Assembly (NCBI GenBank): GCA_029251085.1
Contig: JAQXDZ010000039.1
Span: 564 to 64,563 of the forward strand
Direction: 5' to 3'
DNA: 64,000 nt
DNA from: Mariniblastus sp.
GTDB lineage: Bacteria > Planctomycetota > Planctomycetia > Pirellulales > Pirellulaceae
Of this stretch, positions 30,420-40,342 are shown piece after piece; the first letter of the stretch is position 1; each line of letters starts with the position of its first letter. The notes under the pieces are model-generated. The model did not search any database, was not told the origin of the DNA, and saw only the letters and a program-made list of their open reading frames with translations. The position numbers were made by a program, and so were the translations under genes.

Positions 30420-31451
30420 TTACAGCTCTGTCATGTCGTGTGTCGATCCGTCAGCACGACGTCCAACCTGATCCGCGACATAGCCATCGATGTTGTTCGA
30501 AATCGGTGTAACTGAACCGTCGCCAATTGCGAAGTTAGTTGTTCCGGGGTGAGCCGAACCGAACGAGTGCTCGTTGTGATCCGAGTTGCCACGACGTCTG
30601 TCGGCGGGCAAGCTATCGGGCCATACGAACGCACCGCTGTCAGATGCCATGAATCCACGCATGTTTGGCCAGTCGGCATTGTGCATGGCTCCAGGAAGAT
30701 CCCACCAGTCCCAACCGTTTGGCGGCGGACTGTAACGGCGAGCGTCAACGGATTTTTCACCGATCATGAATGTGTTTGATGAACCGTCCGTAACACCACC
30801 GAATCCGACTTTACCAAAGTTTTGGTAAACACGAACGCCAGAGTCTAGGTACGAGTTGAAAGTCTTGGCAATAATTCCACGCCAAATGGTTTGGCCTTCA
30901 GGCTGTGAAGCCTGCTGATCCTGCCAGTTGAAGCCTCCCCAGCCAGCGGGGTATTGTCCACCGAAGTTCCATGAAGTCATCACACCGGCGTAATCGCCGA
31001 GGAAATAATCTGCACCCCATGACTGAACACCGCGGCGATCGCCACGTGAAGGGCAATTAAAGGTAGGAACAACACGTGACAACATTTTGCCCGGTGAACC
31101 ATCGGTACCGTCGTTGATACGCATGTCGTAAAGATTGTTTTGCTCCATAAACGGCAGAACTTGAAATCCCCAACCCCAGTTTTCGCGATCTACTGCTGTA
31201 CGGAACTGCACGCCAGCGGCGTCAAAACCTTGAGAGTGATCACCCGCAGATGGGAAATACTGGTAGGCCGACTCATAGTTGAGGGCGGCTAGTGCAATTT
31301 GACGCAATTGATTCATACACGTTGTACGACGAGCTGCTTCGCGAACCTGCTGAACCGCAGGTAACAACATTCCAATCAGGATGCCGATAATCGCAATGAC
31401 GACGAGCAATTCGACAAGGGTGAAACCCTTGCGAAGATGTCTAGTTTTCAT
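30420..31451 (-). CDS. DUF1559 family protein with prepilin-type N-terminal cleavage/methylation domain and H-X9-DG motif
   Basis: Track ORF 30420..31466. The ATG at 31451 gives MKTRHLRKG|FTLVELLVVIAIIGILIGMLLPAVQQVREAARRTTCMNQLRQIALAALNYES. The C-terminal sequence is SAHPGTTNFAIGDGSV, which is H, 9 residues, then DG. Confidence 0.9.
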   Translation of the reverse strand: MKTRHLRKGFTLVELLVVIAIIGILIGMLLPAVQQVREAARRTTCMNQLRQIALAALNYESAYQYFPSAGDHSQGFDAAGVQFRTAVDRENWGWGFQVLPFMEQNNLYDMRINDGTDGSPGKMLSRVVPTFNCPSRGDRRGVQSWGADYFLGDYAGVMTSWNFGGQYPAGWGGFNWQDQQASQPEGQTIWRGIIAKTFNSYLDSGVRVYQNFGKVGFGGVTDGSSNTFMIGEKSVDARRYSPPPNGWDWWDLPGAMHNADWPNMRGFMASDSGAFVWPDSLPADRRRGNSDHNEHSFGSAHPGTTNFAIGDGSVTPISNNIDGYVADQVGRRADGSTHDMTEL

Positions 31452-31517
31452 GAGAACCTCTTTCATGGGACAATAAGAAAATGGAAATATTCACCGCTAT
31501 GTTTTAAAGCACAATTA

Positions 31518-31531
31518 TGAAACCGCTTTCA
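31518..31531. promoter_or_regulatory. LacI-family operator candidate 2 (TGAAACCGCTTTCA)
   Basis: The sequence fits TGnAAnCGnTTnCA. It lies 52 nt upstream of the longest-ORF start of the DUF1559 gene. Confidence 0.6.
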
Positions 31532-31557
31532 AAAACCTGCATCAGCGCGGAGACTTC

Positions 31558-31571
31558 TGAAACCGGTTTCA
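31558..31571. promoter_or_regulatory. LacI-family operator candidate 3 (TGAAACCGGTTTCA, perfect palindrome)
   Basis: This is a perfect 14-bp palindrome, 40 bp centre-to-centre from candidate 2. It abuts a minus-strand TATACT hexamer (complement of 31575-31580) that could be the -10 of the DUF1559 promoter. Confidence 0.6.
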
Positions 31572-32241
31572 GAAAGTATAAACGCTTCTTCCAATCGAGG
31601 AAGCGTTAATATCATTAAACCCGCAATTTTTTTGAACTTTTTCAGCTATAAGTTATTCTTTTCGACCTTTGAATTTGGTTCTTGGGAACCATGTCGACCC
31701 TTATCGCGATTTTCGACCAATCTCTCAACCTTGGATTTCATTCCCAGAAAACACAATTAACTAATTATTAATTGAAAATTCTGCAATTCCTTAAAAGTCT
31801 GTCATCCAAACCTGAATTTTCTTAATGTTCGAATTACTTGCATTGAACTATCCTGAAAATTATTTCGCTGCAGAAGTTTGTTTGAAAAAAAAGTCAAATG
31901 TAAGCCCGAAACGTCCACTTCGAGTTAGACAATTTGCTGATGGTGCTTACCAACCCTCCAAAATTTTCTGAAAGCAATCACCAAATGGGGCGACAGTTCA
32001 AAGAAATTGACTTTCTCACAGGTCCTTAACATGAATCAAGATCCGATAACCGACACTCCTACTTGCAAGTTTGAGCCCCAAACAGGAAAACCCATTCTGT
32101 GTTCAAGGATTAGCCGCCCCGGCAGGTCTTGCTTGAATTGAGAGCAGCTCAGTGCAAAGTTTCCCCACGCTAAGCCAATTCTTGCTGGCTAGAGACCATA
32201 GTTGATCGCATCTGAATTTGCGTTTCGCTTCGGAAACAACG

Positions 32242-32790
32242 CTATTTTTGCTTCGGACGAAAGGCCACAATCCGATCGGGATCGGTTTCTAAAAATCCTC
32301 CCCCGATCAAATCAACACAGTAGGGAACAGCGGCAAAAACAGCATCTAAACACTCGGCAATCGCTTTAGGGCTACCGGGGAGGTTGATGATGAGAGCACC
32401 TCCCGTCTCGGAAGAGCGGATTCCTGCTACCTGCCGAGATAAAATCGCAGTCGGGACTTTGGTTAATGACACCTGACGCATCAATTCACCGAAACCGGGC
32501 ATCATTTTATCGCAGACATTTTCGGTCGCTTCAGGGGTGACGTCTCGAATGGCAGGGCCAGTCCCTCCGGTCGTAATAACTAAATTACAATTCTCATCAT
32601 CACAGAGACCGACCAGCGTCGACTCGATTAGCCCCAGTTCATCGGGAATTACCGACGTTATTAAGTGCGTCTCAGAAGTCACCGTCGCGCTTAGATAATC
32701 AATAACCGCAGGCCCACCTCGGTCTTCATATTCGCCACGACTCGCCCGATCTGAGACGGTCACGACACCAATTTTTGTTGCTGAACCCAT
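32242..32790 (-). CDS. mog: Molybdopterin adenylyltransferase MogA
   Basis: 182-aa ORF. IGVVTVSDRASRGEYEDRGGPA...LVITTGGTGPAIRDVTPEA...MPGFGELMRQVSL...PTAILSRQ...INLPGSPKA is collinear with E. coli MogA as I recall it. Confidence 0.85.
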   Translation of the reverse strand: MGSATKIGVVTVSDRASRGEYEDRGGPAVIDYLSATVTSETHLITSVIPDELGLIESTLVGLCDDENCNLVITTGGTGPAIRDVTPEATENVCDKMMPGFGELMRQVSLTKVPTAILSRQVAGIRSSETGGALIINLPGSPKAIAECLDAVFAAVPYCVDLIGGGFLETDPDRIVAFRPKQK

Positions 32791-32866
32791 TTCTCCGCTG
32801 CCTCCCCATACAATTCGACGATCAAATTAACGACGCCTGCCCTAAAATACTGACGTTGCTCAACGC

Positions 32867-33667
32867 TTAGCCCGACGGATTATTTCCGAACATGGCCGAT
32901 TTCAAAACATCGAGCGACTTCGGTTGATTTAAGTCGTAGCTAATCGTTGAAATGGTAACCTTCCCAGCGGCCAGGGCCTGGGTGTCGGTGAGAAACTCCG
33001 AAGGTTCCGGCACCGGAAAATTCGTTGACCAATAATACGGCCGACCTTTAGGATCGGCTCCGGTATCAAAGCCATAGGCCATTGGATTAGTTTCGACGGG
33101 AACCAAAACCACTTCGGGTTCAGTTTCGGGATACTTTTCCAGAGCAATCGCCGGGATGTTGATGTTCACAACGGTTCGCGGCGGAAGACTAATTTCCATA
33201 ACACGTTGGATCAGAGGCCAGACCATTTCTGCAGCAAGGCCAAAGTCCATTGATTCAGAGCTTTCCAGGCTCATCGCGAACGCTGGGATTTCAAACGTTG
33301 CGGCGGCGAGGGCTGCTCCCGCGGTGCCTGAGTGGCCGACGTTAATGCCGGCGTTCAACCCTCCGTTAATTCCGCTCAAAACTAAATCTGGTTTCCATGG
33401 ACAAAGTTCATGGATCCCTAACTTGACGCAATCCACAGGCGTTCCATTGACCGAGTATCCCGGAATATGATCATCCTGGGAGTCTAAATCCCCGCCTAAT
33501 GCATGTGGAAACAAAGGGGACAGGAAGGTGATGGCCTGGCTGACGCCGCTCTGTTCAATCCGCGGTGCAACTAAAAAAACCTCATCACAATGACGCCGTA
33601 CCAGTTTCGCAAGCTGGATAATTCCCTGAGAGTGGACACCGTCGTCGTTGGTAATTAGTACTTTCAT
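32867..33667 (-). CDS. surE: 5'/3'-nucleotidase SurE
   Basis: 266-aa ORF. The N-terminal signature is MKVLITNDDGVHSQGI, followed by GINGGLNAGINVGHSGTAGAA. Confidence 0.92.
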   Translation of the reverse strand: MKVLITNDDGVHSQGIIQLAKLVRRHCDEVFLVAPRIEQSGVSQAITFLSPLFPHALGGDLDSQDDHIPGYSVNGTPVDCVKLGIHELCPWKPDLVLSGINGGLNAGINVGHSGTAGAALAAATFEIPAFAMSLESSESMDFGLAAEMVWPLIQRVMEISLPPRTVVNINIPAIALEKYPETEPEVVLVPVETNPMAYGFDTGADPKGRPYYWSTNFPVPEPSEFLTDTQALAAGKVTISTISYDLNQPKSLDVLKSAMFGNNPSG

Positions 33668-33859
33668 TCGCTAGAAATCCGTATCATAAATCGTAAACTA
33701 CTGAAGATTTAAACAGTATACGTACCGCTTCTATTTCCGATACCGTAGCACTGCTGCCAATTGGGGGCTGATTAAGCCCCTCCGGAATGCGTAATTGTTC
33801 GATTTTATCAACGTATAAAACGGCGTTTCTGAACTTCTCGACTTCTTAGGGATCGGTCG

Positions 33860-33888
33860 TTGGAAAACCTGCCTTACATTCGTATAAT
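33860..33888 (+). promoter_or_regulatory. Candidate sigma70-type promoter for guaA
   Basis: TTGGAA (33860-33865), a 17-nt spacer, then TATAAT (33883-33888). It lies 69 nt upstream of the guaA ATG. Confidence 0.3.
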
Positions 33889-33956
33889 CCGAGATTCCCT
33901 ACCCGCCTGGTTTTCGCGGGTTTTGTTATTTAATACGCAACATTTGGACAATTCGA

Positions 33957-35528
33957 ATGTCACCGGCCACTGAAACAAACGCCAAATCAAATTCCGAACG
34001 GATCCTCGTCTTAGATTTTGGATCTCAATATGCCCAGTTGATTGCTCGGCGTGTTCGTGAACAACATGTTTATTGCGAAATTGTCCGCCACGACATTACT
34101 CCTGAGCAAATAAAAAAGCACTCTCCCAGTGGGCTCATTCTGTCGGGCGGCCCAAGCAGCGTTTACGAATCTGAATCACCTAAATGCGATCCCGGCATCT
34201 TTGATTTGGACATTCCAGTTCTGGGAATTTGTTATGGAATGCAACTCGCCTGCGATCATCTGGGTGGAAAGGTCGAGAGCACCAGCACCCGAGAGTACGG
34301 CCGAGCAATCTGCAATGTCGCTACCGAAGACGTCCTATTCAAAGACTTTCCCAAAGAAGCTCAAGTCTGGATGAGCCACGGTGATCAAGTCCAGCGCGTT
34401 AGCGAAGATTTTGCCCCGTTAGCGAATACCAGCACCTGCCCAGTTGCCGCAGTAAAACATTTGAAACTTCCTGTCTACGGGCTTCAGTTTCACCCAGAGG
34501 TCACCCACACTCCCGAAGGTTCGATCCTCCTTAAAAACTTCCTCTTCGAAGTTTGCAACTGCACAGGAGCATGGAAGCTAGAAGATTTTGCGAACGAGGC
34601 GATTGACCGCATCCGCGAACAAGTTGGCAGCTCTCGAGTAATTTGCGGACTCTCCGGTGGAGTCGATTCTGCAGTCGTCGCCGCCTTGCTCTACAAAGCG
34701 ATCGGGCCACAGCTGTCGTGCATCCTCGTGGACAATGGGCTGCTGCGGAAGAATGAAGCCGAATTGGTGACCGAACAATTCACAGACCACTTCAAAACTG
34801 ACCTTCGTGTGGTTGATGGAGCTGAGCAATTCCTAAATGCCTTACAGGGCGTGACGGATCCGCAGGAAAAACGGAAAAAGATTGGGCATGTGTTTATTGA
34901 ATGCTTCAAAGCAGAATCGGAGACGATTGAGGACGCGAAATTTTTAGCCCAAGGCACGCTCTATCCCGACGTCATTGAAAGCGGTGCAGCTGAAGACGGC
35001 CCCGCAGCAACCATTAAACTTCACCACAACGTCGGTGGCCTGCCGGAAGAACTTGGCTTTGAGCTAATCGAACCTCTCCGTGATTTATTTAAGGACGAAG
35101 TCCGCCGCCTTGGCATCGAACTCGGCCTGCCCGAAGACTTAGTCTGGCGACATCCTTTTCCCGGCCCTGGCCTCGCTGTTCGCTGTCTCGGTGAAATCAA
35201 AGAAGAGAAACTGAAGGTCCTCCGCGAAGCAGATGCAATCGTCATCGAGGAGATTAAAAACGCTGATCTTTACCGAAAAACTTCCCAATTATTTGCTGTT
35301 CTCTTACCAGTCCAGAGTGTCGGCGTCATGGGAGATGCGAGAACTTATGAAAATGCACTGGTGATTCGATGTGTAGACACCGATGATTTCATGACCGCTG
35401 ACTGGTCACGATTGCCCTATGACATTCTGGCGACAATGTCGACTCGAATCATTAACGAAGTCAATGGCGTCAACCGAGTCTGTTACGACATCAGCTCCAA
35501 ACCGCCGGCCACCATCGAGTGGGAATAA
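33957..35528 (+). CDS. guaA: GMP synthase (glutamine-hydrolysing)
   Basis: 523-aa ORF. It has the GATase motif GICYGMQL, the ATP-pyrophosphatase P-loop [10 protein letters not shown] and the C-terminal end PPATIEWE. Confidence 0.97.
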   Translation: MSPATETNAKSNSERILVLDFGSQYAQLIARRVREQHVYCEIVRHDITPEQIKKHSPSGLILSGGPSSVYESESPKCDPGIFDLDIPVLGICYGMQLACDHLGGKVESTSTREYGRAICNVATEDVLFKDFPKEAQVWMSHGDQVQRVSEDFAPLANTSTCPVAAVKHLKLPVYGLQFHPEVTHTPEGSILLKNFLFEVCNCTGAWKLEDFANEAIDRIREQVGSSRVICGLSGGVDSAVVAALLYKAIGPQLSCILVDNGLLRKNEAELVTEQFTDHFKTDLRVVDGAEQFLNALQGVTDPQEKRKKIGHVFIECFKAESETIEDAKFLAQGTLYPDVIESGAAEDGPAATIKLHHNVGGLPEELGFELIEPLRDLFKDEVRRLGIELGLPEDLVWRHPFPGPGLAVRCLGEIKEEKLKVLREADAIVIEEIKNADLYRKTSQLFAVLLPVQSVGVMGDARTYENALVIRCVDTDDFMTADWSRLPYDILATMSTRIINEVNGVNRVCYDISSKPPATIEWE

Positions 35529-35606
35529 TACACTGGCAAAAACGCCAACCAGAAAAACCAACCGTTATTAACTCAACCAGATCGTAAGAATTCGAAAACT
35601 ACCGCC

Positions 35607-37280
35607 ATGAGCAAGCAATACATTTTCCAAATGGTCGACATGACCAAAAAGCACGGCACCAAAGCAGTCCTCAACAATATTTGGCTTTCGTTTTATCCAG
35701 GTGCAAAAATTGGCGTCTTAGGCCGCAATGGTACCGGTAAAAGTACCCTTCTAAAAATCATGGCAGGAATCGATAAGGAATTTGACGGAGAAGCGCGGCT
35801 CACCGACGGTTTCACAGTCGGTTACCTCCCGCAAGAGCCCCACCTGAATCCCGACAAAAACGTCTGGGACAACGTTCAGGAATCCGTCGCACCGCGTCGA
35901 CAGCTCCTAGATCGCTACAACGAATTAAGCGCAAAATGCGCCGAGCCTCTCGATGACGATGCAATGCAAAAAGTCTACGACGAGATGGCTCGTGTGCAGG
36001 ATCAAATCGAAGCTTCTAATAGTTGGTCACTCGATCACGAAATTGAAGTCGCGTTTGAAGTCATGAATTTACCCCCTAAAGACGCGGACGTTACCGACCT
36101 ATCCGGTGGTGAACGTCGACGCGTCGCCCTCTGTAAACTACTTCTCGAAAAACCGGATTTACTTCTTCTCGACGAACCGACCAACCACTTGGATGCAGAT
36201 TCAGTTCACTGGCTGGAACGAACTCTTCAGGATTATTCGGGCACCATTGTGGCTGTCACGCACGACCGGTATTTCCTAGACAACGTCGCCGGTTGGATTC
36301 TCGAGCTCGACCGCGGTCAAGGGCACCCATTCGAAGGAAATTATTCCTCCTGGCTTGAGCAGAAACAAGCAAGACTTCAAGTCGAAGAAAAACAGAATGA
36401 CGCTCGCGTGAAAGCACTGAAGCGCGAGTCGGAATGGATCAAGATGTCACCCAAAGCCCGGCAATCCAAAAGCAAAGCCAGAATTGGTGCCTACGAACAA
36501 ATGCTCAACGAGGATCAACGAGAGAGAGAGCAGGATCTTGAGATCCAAATTCCACCCGGGCCACACCTCGGTGACGTAGTGATTGAAGCGGAAAATTTAG
36601 GAAAAGGTTTTGGCGAAAAAATATTGATGGAGGAAGTCAATTTCCGACTCCCACCGGGGGGGATCGTTGGGATTATTGGCCCCAATGGCGCAGGAAAAAC
36701 CACCCTGTTCCGAATGATCACTGGTCAACAACAACCGGACAGCGGATCCCTCAAAATTGGCAGCACCGTAGAATTGGGCTATGTCGATCAATCCCGCGAT
36801 AGTCTCCGTGACGACCACACTGTCTATCAGGAGATTTCAGACGGCCACGACACTTTGGAACTTGGCAAACGCAAAGTAAATGCCCGAGCTTACGTGAATC
36901 GATTTAATTTCCGCGGCCCGGATCAAGAAAAGAAGGTTGGTGTTCTCTCTGGTGGTGAACGCAATCGAGTTCATCTAGCCAAACTGCTACGACGAGGTTC
37001 TAACGTTTTACTACTCGACGAACCAACCAACGATCTTGACGTCGATACGTTGCGAGCACTCGAAGAAGCTATTGAAAACTATGCCGGCTGTGTCGTTGTT
37101 ACCAGCCACGACCGTTGGTTCTTAGATCGGATCGCAACACACATCCTCGCGTTTGAAGGAGATGGCTATCTCCATTGGTGTGAAGGCAACTATCAAACCT
37201 ATGAACAACAACGCCGCGAAAGACTGGGCTTGAAAGAGGACGAACCTAGACGATTTAAGTACAAAAAACTAATCACATAA
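35607..37280 (+). CDS. ettA: Energy-dependent translational throttle protein EttA (ABC-F)
   Basis: 557-aa ORF with the N-terminus [17 protein letters not shown]. It has two ABC cassettes ([18 protein letters not shown] and [18 protein letters not shown]) and no TM domain. Confidence 0.93.
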   Translation: MSKQYIFQMVDMTKKHGTKAVLNNIWLSFYPGAKIGVLGRNGTGKSTLLKIMAGIDKEFDGEARLTDGFTVGYLPQEPHLNPDKNVWDNVQESVAPRRQLLDRYNELSAKCAEPLDDDAMQKVYDEMARVQDQIEASNSWSLDHEIEVAFEVMNLPPKDADVTDLSGGERRRVALCKLLLEKPDLLLLDEPTNHLDADSVHWLERTLQDYSGTIVAVTHDRYFLDNVAGWILELDRGQGHPFEGNYSSWLEQKQARLQVEEKQNDARVKALKRESEWIKMSPKARQSKSKARIGAYEQMLNEDQREREQDLEIQIPPGPHLGDVVIEAENLGKGFGEKILMEEVNFRLPPGGIVGIIGPNGAGKTTLFRMITGQQQPDSGSLKIGSTVELGYVDQSRDSLRDDHTVYQEISDGHDTLELGKRKVNARAYVNRFNFRGPDQEKKVGVLSGGERNRVHLAKLLRRGSNVLLLDEPTNDLDVDTLRALEEAIENYAGCVVVTSHDRWFLDRIATHILAFEGDGYLHWCEGNYQTYEQQRRERLGLKEDEPRRFKYKKLIT

Positions 37281-37450
37281 CGTATTAGAGCATTTGATTT
37301 CTATTACAAATTTTGCAAAACAACATCATTCAACTTGGCAACAACAGCCAGGTAGAAAATTCCGACCAACTTTACAACTAATCTCCTCGCGATTGAACGC
37401 GTTGCAAGTCAGCTCGCAATTTATAAACATATTTCATTCAGGATCGACCC

Positions 37451-37597
37451 ATGACCATCTTACGCAGCGGCACAACTAAAAAATATTCTGACAACTGGGG
37501 CGCCGCATTTGGTGCTAAAAAGAAAAGCAAAGCTAAACCCAAGGCAGCGGCGAAATCAAAAAAGACTAAAACGAAAAAGTCTCCATCCAAAAAATGA
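37451..37597 (+). CDS. Candidate small Lys-rich protein (48 aa), below the ORF-track cutoff
   Basis: ATG at 37451 to TGA at 37595-37597 translates by hand to MTILRSGTTKKYSDNWGAAFGAKKKSKAKPKAAAKSKKTKTKKSPSKK. The stop codon abuts the TTG start (37598) of the GGDEF ORF. The only track ORF here (37438..37686, minus) is its antisense shadow. Confidence 0.45.
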   Translation: MTILRSGTTKKYSDNWGAAFGAKKKSKAKPKAAAKSKKTKTKKSPSKK

Positions 37598-38455
37598 TTG
37601 CTCGTGAATCCGACGAAGAAAAATTTTGTTTCTGACGCCTTGTTCCAGGCTTTGATTAACCAGTACACAGAGGCGTTAATCATCACCGATGAGAACCAGC
37701 GGCCTCAATACTGGAATGACAAAGCCGAAAGCCTATTTGGGGTGACTGCGGATGACTTTTGTTCGAATCAACAGGTGCTCGAAAAAGTAGGCGGCAGGTC
37801 CCAACTGGGCGAGCTACCTTTTGAAACTGACATCGTTCGCCTATCCTCGCCCGCTTTATTCGAAGAACAACAGTTTCATAGAACTATCGAGACTTTGGTA
37901 ATCAATAACGCAGTTTGGCGATTCATTCGCTTTACCGAGTTATCTACATTTTCGTTGACTGAGTCCGAGCTTTATATCCAGTCAAGAACCGATGAATTGA
38001 GTCAGCTTCTCAATCGACGCGGATTTCAATCAACTCTTGAAAACAACATTGAAAAACGTCTCGCACTCGCAATTCTCGATGTCGATTATTTCAAACGAAT
38101 CAATGACAATCACGGCCACGCTACCGGTGATCGAGCAATCGAGTGGATTGCAGGTCAGTTAAATTCCGAATTCACTGACGCTGTTTGCGTGGGCCGGTTG
38201 GGAGGCGATGAGTTCGGTGTCGTTCTAGAAGTCGTAGACGAAAATCAAACCAAGTTACGGTTCGAAGGTTTTTGCAAAACCATCTCTCGCCAGCGACCCA
38301 AGTTTTATCCGCCAGGAATCTCGATCAGTGTCGGCGTCGCTATTTCAAAACTAAAAAATACCGGTTCCCGACGGCTTTTAACCGCCGGAGACCGGGCAAT
38401 GTATCAATCCAAGCAAGCCGGTCGGAACCAGTCAACCAGTGTTGAGCTAAATTAA
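37598..38455 (+). CDS. Diguanylate cyclase (PAS-like N-domain plus GGDEF)
   Basis: 285-aa ORF with the active-site motif GRLGGDEFGVVL, preceded by DVDYFKRINDNHGHATGD. The start is TTG 37598 or GTG 37604. Confidence 0.88.
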   Translation: MLVNPTKKNFVSDALFQALINQYTEALIITDENQRPQYWNDKAESLFGVTADDFCSNQQVLEKVGGRSQLGELPFETDIVRLSSPALFEEQQFHRTIETLVINNAVWRFIRFTELSTFSLTESELYIQSRTDELSQLLNRRGFQSTLENNIEKRLALAILDVDYFKRINDNHGHATGDRAIEWIAGQLNSEFTDAVCVGRLGGDEFGVVLEVVDENQTKLRFEGFCKTISRQRPKFYPPGISISVGVAISKLKNTGSRRLLTAGDRAMYQSKQAGRNQSTSVELN

Positions 38456-38574
38456 TCGGCAACCAACCCTTGTAAAATTGCTGATTGACCTCCAACAGAG
38501 TTGTGAGCAACTGACTTCTCAATTGCTCACGAGCAGAACTTCGGTGGACAGCTCGTTTCGGAATTTTGACCATC

Positions 38575-40284
38575 TCAACTCGATAGTGACTGAGGAGCAG
38601 ACGCGTCATCCACCACCGATGAGACACCGCTGCTTCTTTTCTCAACTACCGATCGAACTTCTAAAGAAGGATCAGAGAGAAAACGGGATTGCAATAGCTC
38701 CCAGTCGATGCAGAGCTTGCCACCAGATTTCTCGTGTTGCTTAGACCAATCGTTGATCAAATCAAAACAGGCATGGTCGATGTAGGCTAGTCGATCCAAA
38801 TGGATGTGGAGTTCGCTTCCCCTCTCAACCTCGTCGAGAGCTCTGGCAAGGTTCGGCAACCGCAGAAACGTCGCAGATCCCAATAGTTGCAAATGCTTTA
38901 CGTTGCCCTCCTCTTCCAAGTCCAATTCTAGATAGGTGAATCGATAGAGCAATTTCATCCCGGAGAGTACGATTCCGAACACGACACCAACCAAAAGGTC
39001 ACTACAGACGATGGTGATCATAGTCGCGAAATAAATACCCATTTCCGCACGACTGATTTTCCACAACGCTCGGATTTGTTTCCAATTAACGAGCTTAAAA
39101 CCGATATGAACAAGCAGCGCGCCGAGTGCCGCTCTTGGAATATATGCCAGCAAAGACGGTAGCAATACGACAAAGATCAGCAGCCAAAAGCCATGGAAAA
39201 TGGTCGACCACTTAGTCTTTCCCCCTGAATTCACATTAGCCGAACTGCGGACAATAACACCGGTCATGGGCAACGCCCCAATCAGACCACAAAGAATGTT
39301 TCCAATTCCCTGAGCCGTCAGTTCTTTGTCGTAGTTAGTTCGCTGGCCAGAGTGTAACTGGTCAACCGCAGACGCACAAAGTAACGTTTCTGCACTGGCA
39401 ACCAATGCGATCACCACCGCTCCGGTGAGCACGATCGGGTCAATCAGTAGTTGAAACCAGCCGGCACTAGTTGGAAGCGTAGTTTCCTCAAAGATTTGGT
39501 TGGTTACATCTAATTTTTGGATGTCCAATCCGGCGAACGTCGCAAACAAAGTCGCAACTAAAATCCCGACCAGCGGCGCTGGAACGGCTTTCAGCTTTTT
39601 GGGTGAAACCAACGGCCAAGCCACGATCGTGGCAATGGTGAGTATTCCGGTGAGTGCAGCTAAGTGATGATTTGCCGTGGTGTCGGACGAAAAACACTTT
39701 AGGATCGCTTCTGGAATCGTGGCTAGGTATTCCAAACCACCGTGCGCCTTGTGACCGTCCCACATAGCCTTGTGGTCTAGCATTACATGGAACTGACTGA
39801 ACAAAATCAAAAGCCCGATACCAGCCAACATTCCCTTTACAACCGCAGGCGAAACAGCCCGAAACCACTGGCCAAGCTTAAATTTTCCAGCAACGACTTG
39901 GAGCACACCCGCCAGAAACACGGACGTACCGAGAACCATCAGTGAGTACGCGAGTGCTTCGCCTTCCTGAGCTTCAACGCCAGACCCTAATTTGGAAAGG
40001 AACGATTCTCTACCCTGAGCAATCAAGTCAGCAACAATCACAAATAGTCCTGCCGCAGGACCGCTCACCTGGAGCGGTGAGCCGGCAAAAAAGCCAACAA
40101 CGATTCCACCAATAATCCCTGTTAACAACGCCCGAGCGGGATTAACGCCAACCGCTACGGCAATGCCGATGCAGAGTGGCAACGCTACAAGAAAAACAAC
40201 AATCGACGCGAAAAAGTCGTCCGAAAAATGGCTTGGGCGAGACTCTTTCCCCTCACTCGAATTGAGCAAGTTATTACTCATCAC
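38575..40284 (-). CDS. SulP family inorganic anion (bicarbonate/sulfate) transporter with C-terminal STAS domain
   Basis: 569-aa ORF with a polytopic membrane core. The C-terminal soluble domain (LQLLGSATFLRLPNLARALDEV...IDHACFDLI) is STAS-like. It lies 58 nt downstream of the carbonic anhydrase gene. Confidence 0.88.
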   Translation of the reverse strand: MMSNNLLNSSEGKESRPSHFSDDFFASIVVFLVALPLCIGIAVAVGVNPARALLTGIIGGIVVGFFAGSPLQVSGPAAGLFVIVADLIAQGRESFLSKLGSGVEAQEGEALAYSLMVLGTSVFLAGVLQVVAGKFKLGQWFRAVSPAVVKGMLAGIGLLILFSQFHVMLDHKAMWDGHKAHGGLEYLATIPEAILKCFSSDTTANHHLAALTGILTIATIVAWPLVSPKKLKAVPAPLVGILVATLFATFAGLDIQKLDVTNQIFEETTLPTSAGWFQLLIDPIVLTGAVVIALVASAETLLCASAVDQLHSGQRTNYDKELTAQGIGNILCGLIGALPMTGVIVRSSANVNSGGKTKWSTIFHGFWLLIFVVLLPSLLAYIPRAALGALLVHIGFKLVNWKQIRALWKISRAEMGIYFATMITIVCSDLLVGVVFGIVLSGMKLLYRFTYLELDLEEEGNVKHLQLLGSATFLRLPNLARALDEVERGSELHIHLDRLAYIDHACFDLINDWSKQHEKSGGKLCIDWELLQSRFLSDPSLEVRSVVEKRSSGVSSVVDDASAPQSLSS

Positions 40285-40342
40285 TACGCTCCGCTGTAAA
40301 AATTAAATTAGATATACGCTTCACTCGTCAGGCAGATCTTGC

